A DNA stretch of 26,412 nucleotides from a virus. Its lineage: Duplodnaviria > Caudoviricetes. How positions within the stretch are numbered: the first letter of the stretch is position 1; every line of letters starts with the position of its first letter. The stretch lies in IMG/VR virus record IMGVR_UViG_3300007643_000048, positions 1-26,412 of that record; one strand, given 5' to 3'. A program made the position numbers and the translations under genes. The notes beneath the pieces are model-generated. The model searched no databases, was not told the DNA's origin, and saw nothing but the letters and a program-made list of their open reading frames with translations. Shown piece after piece: positions 9,247 to 17,837 of this stretch.

Positions 9247-9615
9247 TTATTTCCTTTTGCGAGTTGGCTGCTGCTTTCCCTTGGCATCATCACCTTTTGG
9301 AAACGATGCCATGTACCCTTCTAAAACGGCTGCTAATTGTTCTGGGCTTAATAATACCCCATCAATTATTTCATCTTTGGTAATAATTGGGTCTTCGCCT
9401 TGGCTGTAACTTATGGCACAAAAAATTAAATGTCCTATAAAATCGGTTTGATCGAATGTTAAATCTTCGCCACCAAAATTTAAACCATCTATAAACTGGC
9501 CTAAAGCAGAATATGATGCTAGGTCGTACACTTGCGATAGTTTACGATTAACACCATACCCAAATTTTAACTTATAGGTTTTACGCCCTATTTTAATGTT
9601 GGTTGTTTTACTCAT
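9247..9615 (-). CDS. Tail assembly chaperone (lambda gpG-like)
   Basis: Follows the major tail protein and has a slippery heptamer near its 3' end. Confidence 0.8.
   Translation of the reverse strand: MSKTTNIKIGRKTYKLKFGYGVNRKLSQVYDLASYSALGQFIDGLNFGGEDLTFDQTDFIGHLIFCAISYSQGEDPIITKDEIIDGVLLSPEQLAAVLEGYMASFPKGDDAKGKQQPTRKRK
9274..9280 (-). other. Programmed -1 ribosomal frameshift site G GGA AAG
   Basis: Identical to the lambda G-T slippery heptamer and in the correct codon phase (AAG GGA AAG). Confidence 0.85.
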
Positions 9616-9628
9616 AATAGGGTTTTGT

Positions 9629-10033
9629 TTACGCTACTTGTGCAATTGTTAAATCGCCATTGCCTCTAAACTGGAAACTACATGTAATGTATTCTTCGTT
9701 TGTTGCGTTTGTGTTAAACGATTCGATATACGCATTACCAGAAAAAATTACATCGCCACTTACGTTTGTGCTTAATGTTACAGCTACTTCGGTTTTTGCT
9801 TTCCAAAGCGTTGCAAGTGTGTATAAATCTTCTTGTGTTGTACCATCGTTATCGTACAATGCCTCAATTGGAATGTTCCAACTTTGTGCGCCTGGTGATA
9901 CAAGTTTACCGCTTGTATCTTTAGATGCTACTTCTTTAAAATCTGTAGCCGCAGATAAATCGGCAGATACTTCGTGAAATATCTCTTTAGTATCTACTGT
10001 AATACGCATGTTTACGCCTTCTTTTAGTGCCAT
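9629..10033 (-). CDS. Major tail tube protein (TP901-1-like)
   Basis: EVASKDTSG...SWNI...FSGNAYIESF...TCSFQFRGNGDL pattern and synteny. Confidence 0.85.
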   Translation of the reverse strand: MALKEGVNMRITVDTKEIFHEVSADLSAATDFKEVASKDTSGKLVSPGAQSWNIPIEALYDNDGTTQEDLYTLATLWKAKTEVAVTLSTNVSGDVIFSGNAYIESFNTNATNEEYITCSFQFRGNGDLTIAQVA

Positions 10034-10039
10034 AATTGT

Positions 10040-10405
10040 TTATTTTTTGATTTGAAATGTTTGTGTTATATAAAATTGATTTTCGTCTGTTACTACTGGT
10101 TGCCCAGATTGTATTTTAAAATATTCGGTCGAGGCTATTATTGCCGCATTAACTTCGTCGGCAATTGCTACTGCTTGGTTATAGGTGTCGGCATAAGAAA
10201 ACACATTAATGATGTAATTATAAATTCCATCTTTACTTGGTGTGCCTTCGTAACTTGCACTGTATGTTATAAAATCTTCACCTTCTTCGGCATTAGCAAT
10301 TAGTGGGTAAATACTATCACTACCATTACTTAACAAGGCTGTTAGTGATGCTTGCGCACTTAGCGTTGTGTAAATTAATTGTGATATGGTTAACCAGTTT
10401 GCCAT
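10040..10405 (-). CDS. Tail terminator/completion protein (DUF3168-like)
   Basis: IYTTLSAQASLTALL...IYPLIA...INVFS pattern; position before the tail tube gene. Confidence 0.7.
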   Translation of the reverse strand: MANWLTISQLIYTTLSAQASLTALLSNGSDSIYPLIANAEEGEDFITYSASYEGTPSKDGIYNYIINVFSYADTYNQAVAIADEVNAAIIASTEYFKIQSGQPVVTDENQFYITQTFQIKK

Positions 10406-10410
10406 GTTTT

Positions 10411-10887
10411 TTATGATGATAGACGTGCAATTTGCTTGTCTAAATATTTTTTTACTTTTTGTTCTGCATCTGCAGTTACTTGTCCTTTTGTTTGGTTATA
10501 AGCTCTATCCATAAAAGGATTTGCGCTTTGTAGCTTTGTACCACCATGCACAAATGCACCATACCACCCATCATGTTTTCTACCTTTGGCACGTGGGCCT
10601 ACATATAGTACTGCATTTACTTTTGCACTACCTCGTTTACCACGTATTTTACCAATACTTTTACGCAGGTTACCAGGTTGTATTACTTTATAGGTACGCT
10701 TACCTGCTTGCACGTGTGGCTTCTTGCTTATTGGTGCTTGCTTACGTGCTGCTTTTACCGTTGGGTTTGCTACTTGACCAAGAATTTTAAGAACTTCACG
10801 ACGTTTTACACGGTCGTCTAATTTTTTTATTTGTTTTTGCAACCTATCAAAACCTTCTATTTCAAATAATGGTTTGGTTGTTGACAT
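10411..10887 (-). CDS. HK97 gp10-like tail component
   Basis: IEGFDRL...PGNLRKSI...WYGAFVHGGT...ANPFMDRA pattern; basic protein; synteny. Confidence 0.85.
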   Translation of the reverse strand: MSTTKPLFEIEGFDRLQKQIKKLDDRVKRREVLKILGQVANPTVKAARKQAPISKKPHVQAGKRTYKVIQPGNLRKSIGKIRGKRGSAKVNAVLYVGPRAKGRKHDGWYGAFVHGGTKLQSANPFMDRAYNQTKGQVTADAEQKVKKYLDKQIARLSS

Positions 10888-10890
10888 GCT

Positions 10891-11229
10891 TTACTCTTTT
10901 TTACTACATTTTAATACCATAAATTCTTTACGGCCTATTATTGCAGTACTGTATATGTTATACAAATTGCCTGCATCATTTATGGTTAAGGCGTTTATTT
11001 GTTTGGCTGCTACAGTTGGGTTGTACCTTATTATGTACTTTCTCACGTTTAGCGCCAAAACTTTACCTTCTACATCTTCGGTACCGCTTACATCTTCAAT
11101 TTTTGCCCATGCTGTTGCCACTTCGGTATCTACTACTGTTTTTTCGCCTGTAGTAGATGTGGTGCGTACACTTTCGGTAATGCTTATACGCTGGTCTAAT
11201 TGGCCTATGTAAATGCGGTCTTTATTCAT
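10891..11229 (-). CDS. Head closure / head-tail adaptor protein
   Basis: IGQLDQRISI...WAKIE...IRY...YNI motif typical of the SPP1 gp16/HK97 gp7 class. Confidence 0.85.
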   Translation of the reverse strand: MNKDRIYIGQLDQRISITESVRTTSTTGEKTVVDTEVATAWAKIEDVSGTEDVEGKVLALNVRKYIIRYNPTVAAKQINALTINDAGNLYNIYSTAIIGRKEFMVLKCSKKE

Positions 11230-11264
11230 TTAACAGATTGCTTTACTATGCTCGCAATGACGTT
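11228..11264. repeat. Short intergenic repeat copy 2 (imperfect hairpin ATTGC...GCAAT)
   Basis: atttaacagattgct...atgctcgcaatgacgtt matches 8792-8833. Confidence 0.8.
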
Positions 11265-11844
11265 ATATTGGTGTTTTGTAATATTTGTAAGGTTCTAGCT
11301 TACGCATTGCGCTTGCTCGATAACCTTTTGATTCTACATTGTTACGAATGTTATAGTTTTCGCTTACTAATAATTTTATACCTTGCAATAGGCCTTTTGG
11401 CACGGTTGTATCGGCATAGCCTACTGTGATGTTAATGGTTACCGCATCGCTTACGTTTTCTTTAAGTGTTGGTAAGGCATCAAAATCTTTAAATTTTATA
11501 ATACTTGCATACTTATCTACTGGTAATAACTCTACATTTTCGGCCACTACTAATGGGTTTGTATTGCTTGCATCGGTTTTATAATTAATGCTATCAATAC
11601 TTTGTATTTTTTGCTGTCTAAACTCGTACATATCTTGCCACGACTGGAAGTAAATTTTGTATTTACGTTCGCGCACATTTGCTTCTATATAGCTTTCGGC
11701 TTCGTCTATAGCTGCTTCTATACAGTCTTGTATAATTGCATCATCGAAAGCACCTAAATCTTCTACTTTTAATTGCTTTTTTGCAGCATCTAACGATAAT
11801 ACTTCTGGTGATGTATGTGCTAGTTTTGTATAGTATATTGGCAT
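11263..11844 (-). CDS. Head-tail connector protein (HK97 gp6-like)
   Basis: LSLDAAKKQLKV...IEAAIDEAESY...VPKGLLQGIKLLVSENYNIR pattern. Confidence 0.85.
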   Translation of the reverse strand: MPIYYTKLAHTSPEVLSLDAAKKQLKVEDLGAFDDAIIQDCIEAAIDEAESYIEANVRERKYKIYFQSWQDMYEFRQQKIQSIDSINYKTDASNTNPLVVAENVELLPVDKYASIIKFKDFDALPTLKENVSDAVTINITVGYADTTVPKGLLQGIKLLVSENYNIRNNVESKGYRASAMRKLEPYKYYKTPI

Positions 11845-11850
11845 GGTGTT

Positions 11851-12033
11851 TTATTTTACGTAGGTTGCATAATCTGCATCTACTAATTCGTCGCATTTAG
11901 TTTTACCTAATACGCTTACCGTAATAACATCGCCTGCACTATACCCTAAATTAAACCTACCTGTTGGCGATTTAGTAAATTGTAGTTTTTGTACTGGCTT
12001 TGTTTTTTGTTTGTTTGTGGTTTTTTGTGCCAT
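11851..12033 (-). CDS. Small hypothetical protein downstream of capsid
   Basis: 60-aa ORF with a good start context (AAAACACC ATG), lying in the operon. Confidence 0.7.
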   Translation of the reverse strand: MAQKTTNKQKTKPVQKLQFTKSPTGRFNLGYSAGDVITVSVLGKTKCDELVDADYATYVK

Positions 12034-12048
12034 GGTGTTTTGTTTTTT

Positions 12049-12086
12049 AAAAAAAGGGCTATTGCTTTCACCTAACAGCCCTTTTT
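12049..12086 (-). terminator. Rho-independent terminator after major capsid gene
   Basis: Minus strand AAAAAGGGCT-GTTAGGTGAAAGCAAT-AGCCCTTTTTTT: a stem followed by a U-tract, 25 nt after the capsid stop. Confidence 0.75.
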
Positions 12087-12110
12087 ACCATCTATTAAAA
12101 CTTAAAAATA

Positions 12111-13418
12111 TTAGACAATAAAGTCTTTTGACACGCTAAACGCTTCGCCATTTCTAATTAAAATATCTAAGAACTGGTTAACAGTAATTTCTATTAAACC
12201 AGATTTCTTTTGCGTGATGTTATCTACTACCATGTCATAGAATCCCCATTCGCCAATTAACACGTTTGAGAAATCACCAAATATTGCAGCGTGTAGGTTT
12301 GTACCAGTTCCTTTTGTTAGGTTGCTAGGCACTAATGTTGATCCAACTGTGTTATAACCGTTTAATTTACCATCGGCTGCTAATAAGTAGTTCCAGTTAC
12401 CAGATCCAGCATGCACTGTTTGTTTTAATAAGCCAATTAATCCTGGTGTTAATAGGTAGTTTAGGTTTGTACCTGCAGCGTTTGCTTCGCGTACTGCAGT
12501 TTCCATTGCTACTAATTGCGCCCAAGTAGGTGCTATACCATCGGTATCACCTACTAAAACATCTACATCGCTGTTTTGTAAAATACCTTCTGGTGCGCCA
12601 CCAGATCCTGCGCCATTAATTACTGCAGTATCAATTGCTTGCTCTGTCATTTTACGAATATCCATTGCTGTAAATGCTTCTAAATCTGGTGTTGATTGTA
12701 AAAGGTTTTGTACAGAAATTGGTACTGTTGCGCTTAAACGTTTCGGCGACAGTGTTTTGGTAGCCTACGCATTTTTAGTAGGCGATACAGTTGCAATTTC
12801 TGTTTCCCATGTTGCAGCAATACCACCGCCATTGGTTACAAATTTTGCATCCCCACGTAAACCACGCATATATGTTGCGCCTAAGCTTTCAGCAACTGTT
12901 TCTGGTCTTAACGCATCGATAATACCTTTAAACTCGGTATCGACTAGGTTTGCACCGTAGTTACCAGAATCACTACCTACTGTTTGTGCATCGGCACGTT
13001 TCTCGGTTGCGCCATTAGGTATTGCAACACCTTGTATTGATACACCTGCGTGTCTTGCTTCTTTACGCATTTCTTGGTCGTACTCTGCTTCGATACCATC
13101 TAAACCACCAGAATTTGGTAATTGAGAACGTAAAGCTTTGTGTAACGAATAGTTTTTAATCATTCGTTGTTTTTCTTTTGCTTCGGATGCGCCAATTACT
13201 ACACCTGCTGCTGCTGCTGCACGTTTTTCGTTAGCCTCGATTTGTAACGCTCTTTTAATTTGCGGTTCAAACGCATCGATGCGTGCTTGTAAATCGTCAA
13301 ACGATGTTTCTTCGTCTTGCGTTAAAGCTCTTGTTTCGGTTTTTGCAGTTTGTACTAAAGAATCTTGCTCTGTGATTAATGAAGCACGTTCTTCTTTAAG
13401 TTGTTTACTTGTTTTCAT
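12111..13418 (-). CDS. Major capsid protein (HK97 fold), interrupted by in-frame TAG at 12765-12767 (codon 218 of 435)
   Basis: ORFs 12765-13418 and 12111-12665 share one frame. The bridge reads TKNA*ATKTLSPKRLSATVPISVQNLLQS, which is capsid-like. There is an N-terminal coiled-coil delta domain and a C-terminal IFGDFS motif. Confidence 0.88.
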
Positions 13419-13420
13419 TG

Positions 13421-14041
13421 TTAAACTTTGTTTTTGTTAATCATTACTTGCGCTTCATGCACAGTTTTTGTTCGTGTTTGATTGATTACTTCTGGTTGGT
13501 TGACTTGTATGTTTTCGGTAGATAATTGTGTGCGCAGTTCTTCTACTGTTTCAGTATTACGCTTAAAGGCTTCTGGGTTTGATCCTGCAGTAACAATGGA
13601 CCACTCTATTAATTCTTGATCTGTAAAGTATAGTGTGTTTGCATCTTCGTTTAATTTTTCATCACCTAAACGCGCTTGGTTTACTCTTGCGCCAACGCTT
13701 GCCATTTTTAAAGTTCCTGCTATTACTTTCTGAAATATTTTCTCAGCTTTTGGATTTAATTCGCCATCTTCAAAAGTTACACGACCTATTAATTTATCGC
13801 CTTCTACAAATACTTCGGATGTGCCAATAATATCGTCTGGGTCGTTTGTATCGCTTCGGTGCTGGTAGCATACAATTGGATTAGCTGTATAGCGATTAAG
13901 ATTCCACCCTTCCATTTTAAAGATGGTACCGTGTGCATCTTTTGCTTCGCTCGAAATAATAAATTCGGCTTGTCTTTTTTCTAACAAGTCTTGTGTTGTA
14001 TCGCGCACAAATGCGTTGCGTGTTACTATTCTATTTTTCAT
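13421..14041 (-). CDS. HK97-family prohead protease
   Basis: NPIVCYQH...IG...LKMASVG...ELIEWSIVTAGSNPEA motifs; lies between portal and capsid. Confidence 0.9.
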   Translation of the reverse strand: MKNRIVTRNAFVRDTTQDLLEKRQAEFIISSEAKDAHGTIFKMEGWNLNRYTANPIVCYQHRSDTNDPDDIIGTSEVFVEGDKLIGRVTFEDGELNPKAEKIFQKVIAGTLKMASVGARVNQARLGDEKLNEDANTLYFTDQELIEWSIVTAGSNPEAFKRNTETVEELRTQLSTENIQVNQPEVINQTRTKTVHEAQVMINKNKV

Positions 14042-15305
14042 TTTGTGCTTGTGTTTGTGATTCGGTTAATTTTAGCTTTGCATCTACTTGCTCTAATGTT
14101 TGTAGGTTGGCTGGTATTAACGGTTGATCCAATCCTTCGATTGGGTTTAAGTCCATTTTTGCACGTATTTCGTTTGGTACTACTATACCAGAATAAATTT
14201 GCTTCATCCATGCATCACTTTGCGCTACTTTATCTGCGCTTAATAATGCTGCAGTATTAAATTTTGTGTAATAGCCAGAATCTTTTTCGCGTTGCGTAAA
14301 TAGTTTCGCATCGTATTCTTGCTGGCGTTTTACTACGTGTGGCATTAAAGAATCGGCTACGTGTTCGCGCTCTAACGATTCGCTTATTGCGTTATTGGTA
14401 TCTTTAAGGTGTTTTAGTTTTACAGGGTTTATGTTTAACCAGCGTGCTATTTCGTTTATACCATGCTCGCTTGAAAGTAAAAATTGTGCTTCCTGCGGTG
14501 TGATTTTTAGATGCTCGAATTTGGAAGCTTCATCTATCACTGGTACTACCCATTTCGATTTACTTCCAAACATGGCGCTTAATGCTGCGCTGTAGCGTGT
14601 TTTTGCATCGTCGGTCATAGATTTTGTAGTGGTTAACACTCCTGTACCTACGCCTTTACCATCGTAATATTCTTGTGCGAAGGTTTGTGATGCTAAGGAC
14701 ACACCTAATGATTGTGCGGCTTGTTTTAAAACACTTATTCCTGTAATACCATTGGTTGAAAAGCCTGTAAAATGTAACACATCGTACGCATCGTACACTA
14801 CACCATCTATTTTATAAAATAGTTTGTTGTTGAATTTATATACTTCTACGGTTATTTCATCCTGGTTAATGTACTGCAGCGCTATTGGTTGTGCTGTATT
14901 ATGGTTGCGCTCTATTATTGCATAGGCATTACCACGTAATATTGCATCGGCTTGTGTTGCAAAATCGAACTCAAAGGCGTTCATGTACTGGTTTGGCCTT
15001 TTTGAGATTAGGTATTTTATTGGATGGTTAGATTGCTCGATACGGTTTTTACCATCTGGTGTTTTTTGAAATACACCTTTTGGTAGTTTGGCAATATCGT
15101 TGCAGATGATGTTTACACCGTTGTAAAATGCAGATAGTTGTAATGCGGTGTTTTTGTTTACGTTTACACTTGTAGATGATAAACCAAAGGCTGTTAATAA
15201 TGAGTTTAAGCCACTATATTTTGTGCCTGCATGTGCTACAGAACGTAGATTTAGGTTTGTGTTTTTTAAGGCTTGTGCTATCATTACATGTATTGCTACA
15301 TGCAA
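14031..15305 (-). CDS. HK97-family portal protein (likely start ATG 15284)
   Basis: IAKLP...RPNQYMNAFEF...LRGNAYA...VLHF...GIS...EIARWLNI...PNEIR motifs. Confidence 0.95.
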   Translation of the reverse strand: MHVAIHVMIAQALKNTNLNLRSVAHAGTKYSGLNSLLTAFGLSSTSVNVNKNTALQLSAFYNGVNIICNDIAKLPKGVFQKTPDGKNRIEQSNHPIKYLISKRPNQYMNAFEFDFATQADAILRGNAYAIIERNHNTAQPIALQYINQDEITVEVYKFNNKLFYKIDGVVYDAYDVLHFTGFSTNGITGISVLKQAAQSLGVSLASQTFAQEYYDGKGVGTGVLTTTKSMTDDAKTRYSAALSAMFGSKSKWVVPVIDEASKFEHLKITPQEAQFLLSSEHGINEIARWLNINPVKLKHLKDTNNAISESLEREHVADSLMPHVVKRQQEYDAKLFTQREKDSGYYTKFNTAALLSADKVAQSDAWMKQIYSGIVVPNEIRAKMDLNPIEGLDQPLIPANLQTLEQVDAKLKLTESQTQAQNEK

Positions 15306-15352
15306 AGTTGCAGATTGTTACAGGGTTGGTCGTGTACAATTTGTACGTTTGT

Positions 15353-15535
15353 TTATTTTAAGAAGGATTTAAATATTGCAAAACCTATAATAGCTTGTAT
15401 TACTATAAAGGCATATATTATTACTTGGCGCACCAATTGCGCTTTTACTATTTCTAGGTCCAGCAATAACGATGTTGAAAACATTATGGCTAAGGTAATG
15501 ATAATAGTTAATAAAAGTTTTAAATCGTTATTCAT
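15353..15535 (-). CDS. Small membrane protein with two hydrophobic segments
   Basis: 60 aa with two predicted TM stretches; ATGA overlap with the upstream ORF. Confidence 0.65.
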   Translation of the reverse strand: MNNDLKLLLTIIITLAIMFSTSLLLDLEIVKAQLVRQVIIYAFIVIQAIIGFAIFKSFLK

Positions 15536-15789
15536 CGTTTATTTTTTTGTAGGTGATAGGTTAATGCCCTGCGGAAGCTGTTATAATCTTCGTACTTATA
15601 AGTATTAAATATTTTAAAGTGTAATAGGTTTACTGCGTTAAAGCAGTTTGATTGTGTGTTAAAATTTGGTAACTGGTTAAAGTAATAGGTGTAAAAACCT
15701 TTTACTGTACCTAGTTGTTGTGCTAATTGATACTTTTGCGAATCGGTTAATTGTTTGAAATTTACTATTAATACTGGTTGGTGGTCCAT
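15532..15789 (-). CDS. Hypothetical phage protein (85 aa)
   Basis: ORF in the operon, translationally coupled to the next gene. Confidence 0.7.
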   Translation of the reverse strand: MDHQPVLIVNFKQLTDSQKYQLAQQLGTVKGFYTYYFNQLPNFNTQSNCFNAVNLLHFKIFNTYKYEDYNSFRRALTYHLQKNKR

Positions 15790-15794
15790 AGTTG

Positions 15795-15953
15795 CTATAA
15801 TAGTTTTAGGTCGTCGGTTATTAATTCTATTGCATGTGCCATACTATGTGTTTTACTTACTTCGGCTAAGGTGTTACTAGCTACATACTGGATGTTTTTG
15901 TAGTTAGATTCGTTTTGCATTGTTGGCGGCAATGTTACTTTATAGAGTTTCAT
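15795..15953 (-). CDS. Small hypothetical protein (52 aa, MKLYKVTLPPTMQNES...)
   Basis: Manually translated ATG 15953 to TAG 15795; fills the gap between the integrase and the next gene. Confidence 0.55.
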   Translation of the reverse strand: MKLYKVTLPPTMQNESNYKNIQYVASNTLAEVSKTHSMAHAIELITDDLKLL

Positions 15954-15973
15954 TAGCTAGTTTTTTTAGGTTT

Positions 15974-16816
15974 TTAGGCCGCAGATTGTTTAATTATTTG
16001 ATTAGTTACTATGTTATTATCGGCTGTTTTCATTGCTTTTTCTAGGTTTTTTGTTGTAAGATGCAAATATCGCTCGGTTGTTTCTATTTTTTTATGACGC
16101 AAAATGTCTTTTAGTATTTTTATATCCATACCGTTTTGTAATAAATGTGTTGCTCTACTATGTCTTAAATCGTGAACTCTTATGTGCTTGGTAATGTTTA
16201 CGGTTTTTAATGCGTTGTTTAATATTTTACGCACACTTGATGCACTGTATTTTTTACCTGGTGTACCTTCGAATAAATATACTTTTGGCCTGTAGTGATA
16301 ATAGTATAGTCGTAATAGGTTTTTTGTTGCTTCTGGTATTGGTACATAAGCGGTTTTGCCACCTTTTGCATTTACTATTTTTATTTTATTTTCGGTTTTG
16401 CTTATGTGTTCGATTTTTAAATTTAATGCTTCGCCTAATCTTAATGCGCAGGCGTAAATTAGTTGTAGTATTGCTTCGTGTTTTAGGTTTTTAATGTTAT
16501 TTAATAACACTACTGCTTCTTGCTCGGATAGGATATTAGGAATAAATGGTTGTGTTTTTGGTTGTGGTATTTTTTTTAACGCTTTAGATTTTAATACCCC
16601 TTTATAAAAATGGTTTAATGCTCCGTGGGTTTGTTTTACGGTTCTAGCTTTGCCACGTTGTAACATAAATTCTACTAATTGGTTTTGTTTTACCTTATTT
16701 GGTTGGTGGTGCTGCGTTAAAAATTTAGTAAGTATAGAACTGTAAATGGTTATTGTGCGTGGTGCTAATCCTAATATTTTAAGATAATTTTGGTATTGTA
16801 TTATATAAGTTTTCAT
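15974..16816 (-). CDS. Tyrosine recombinase (XerC/D-like, integron-integrase-related, no IntI-specific insertion)
   Basis: Catalytic set is present: LRLGE (R), AKGGK (K), HDLRH (HxxR), LRH (H), ERY (Y). There is a SAM-like N-terminal domain. ATG 16816 is preferred over TTG 16858, which overlaps the first core site. Confidence 0.93.
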   Translation of the reverse strand: MKTYIIQYQNYLKILGLAPRTITIYSSILTKFLTQHHQPNKVKQNQLVEFMLQRGKARTVKQTHGALNHFYKGVLKSKALKKIPQPKTQPFIPNILSEQEAVVLLNNIKNLKHEAILQLIYACALRLGEALNLKIEHISKTENKIKIVNAKGGKTAYVPIPEATKNLLRLYYYHYRPKVYLFEGTPGKKYSASSVRKILNNALKTVNITKHIRVHDLRHSRATHLLQNGMDIKILKDILRHKKIETTERYLHLTTKNLEKAMKTADNNIVTNQIIKQSAA

Positions 16817-16829
16817 AGTTTTTGTTTTT

Positions 16830-16860
16830 AATAGGTGTGTATATAGGGTAGTTAGCAATA
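16830..16860 (+). other. Putative attI-like primary recombination site (core GTTAGCA at 16851)
   Basis: This is the first GTT core of the array, 35 nt from the integrase ATG. It is not preceded by a hairpin, unlike all later cores. Confidence 0.55.
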
Positions 16861-17304
16861 ATTAAAGTATCGCACACCTAAAAGTTTCTGTTCTATCTGC
16901 CGTTTTTTATACTCTAATTCCCTAATTTCTTTACTTCTTAACCTATCATCCACCCAACCTTTTTGTAGTACAAATTTTGATACTTTCTCATTAACTCTAT
17001 TTACATAGTGTGTTCCACCGCCTAATTCCCTTATTAAAAGTTGGGCTAAGTCATTTACTTCTATATGAACAGTCGAGCGTATATTGTTTATTCCAAATTT
17101 TTTAGGAGAAATTAGTATGTAATAGCTTCCTTCGTATGGTCGTTTTTGAAAATCAAGGTTTTTACTTCTTAATTTACATCCTACTAGAGTATTAAAAACT
17201 CTACACATTGCAGGTTTATCAGCGTAAATCTTATCTAACAAACTATTGCTAACACTTGGTATAGTGCATTGCTCGGTCTGTGTATTTTTGCCATCTGTAT
17301 TCAT
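16852..17304 (-). CDS. Cassette 1 hypothetical protein (150 aa)
   Basis: Starts in the attC1 loop; its stop TAA overlaps the GTTA core at 16851. Confidence 0.75.
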   Translation of the reverse strand: MNTDGKNTQTEQCTIPSVSNSLLDKIYADKPAMCRVFNTLVGCKLRSKNLDFQKRPYEGSYYILISPKKFGINNIRSTVHIEVNDLAQLLIRELGGGTHYVNRVNEKVSKFVLQKGWVDDRLRSKEIRELEYKKRQIEQKLLGVRYFNYC

Positions 17305-17378
17305 AATTTAAAAGTTGTTTAATATCAATTAAGTTCGCTCTATAAGGTCGCAACGACACCATACCATCAACGTTAACT
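17244..17378 (+). repeat. attC-like site 1
   Basis: TATTGCTAAC (reverse complement of GTTAGCAATA at 16851), arms tggtatagtg..ttgc / gcaa..caccatacca, next core GTTAACT at 17372. Confidence 0.85.
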
Positions 17379-17523
17379 ACAATTTAAAAACCCGTTCAAG
17401 GTCTTTTTGTATTTGCCTTCTAAAGTGCAATATCGCAAGGTTTAGTCTTTTAAAGTCAGTATCTAGGCAATCAATATTTCTTATTTGCCATCGTTCGTAT
17501 TTGTTGTATAATGGTTTTTTCAT
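17377..17523 (-). CDS. Cassette 2 small protein (48 aa, MKKPLYNKYERWQIRNIDCL...)
   Basis: Manually translated; fills the cassette body, with its stop adjacent to the core. Confidence 0.6.
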   Translation of the reverse strand: MKKPLYNKYERWQIRNIDCLDTDFKRLNLAILHFRRQIQKDLERVFKL

Positions 17524-17550
17524 TTTTAGGTTTTTAAACAGTTCCCTTCG

Positions 17551-17833
17551 GTAGTTAACAATGTGTATAATTAAAAAAATAAAACTAGGCTAGTGCTTCT
17601 TTAATTTCATTGTAGTTTGCATCGCTCAACATTTTAAGCATTACAGCACCAACTTCATTCATTGTTAAGTCAGGGTTTTTATTACTAAAATCTTCAATCG
17701 TTTCTATAAACACCTTTTCAAGTGCATTAATTCTTACTTTGCTTTCTACTCTTTTTTCAAACTTGCTCATATTTGCTATCTTTTGGTTAAATTTTCCGTT
17801 TTATTTTTCTAATCATACACTAGACCGTTGTAG
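17551..17833 (+). repeat. attC-like site 2 (long; ORF nested in loop)
   Basis: GTAGTTAAC (reverse complement of GTTAACTAC), arms gtgtataattaaaaaaataaaac / gttttatttttctaatcatacac, next core GTTGTAG at 17827. Confidence 0.8.
17585..17770 (-). CDS. Hypothetical protein (61 aa) lying wholly within attC2 loop
   Basis: ORF bounded by the two hairpin arms. Confidence 0.65.
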   Translation of the reverse strand: MSKFEKRVESKVRINALEKVFIETIEDFSNKNPDLTMNEVGAVMLKMLSDANYNEIKEALA

Positions 17834-17837
17834 TGCA

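Noticed and set aside
12111-12665. Separate 184-aa gene
   Set aside because: It is the in-frame C-terminal half of the major capsid protein, and the 33 codons between the TAG and this ATG are capsid-like.
15353-15535. Holin call for the two-TM protein
   Set aside because: No endolysin is adjacent and there is no family motif, so hydrophobicity alone is insufficient.
15974-16816. Prophage integrase or invertase (shufflon)
   Set aside because: It lies mid-operon rather than at a prophage boundary, and all cassettes and sites share one orientation. That fits excision/integration, not inversion.
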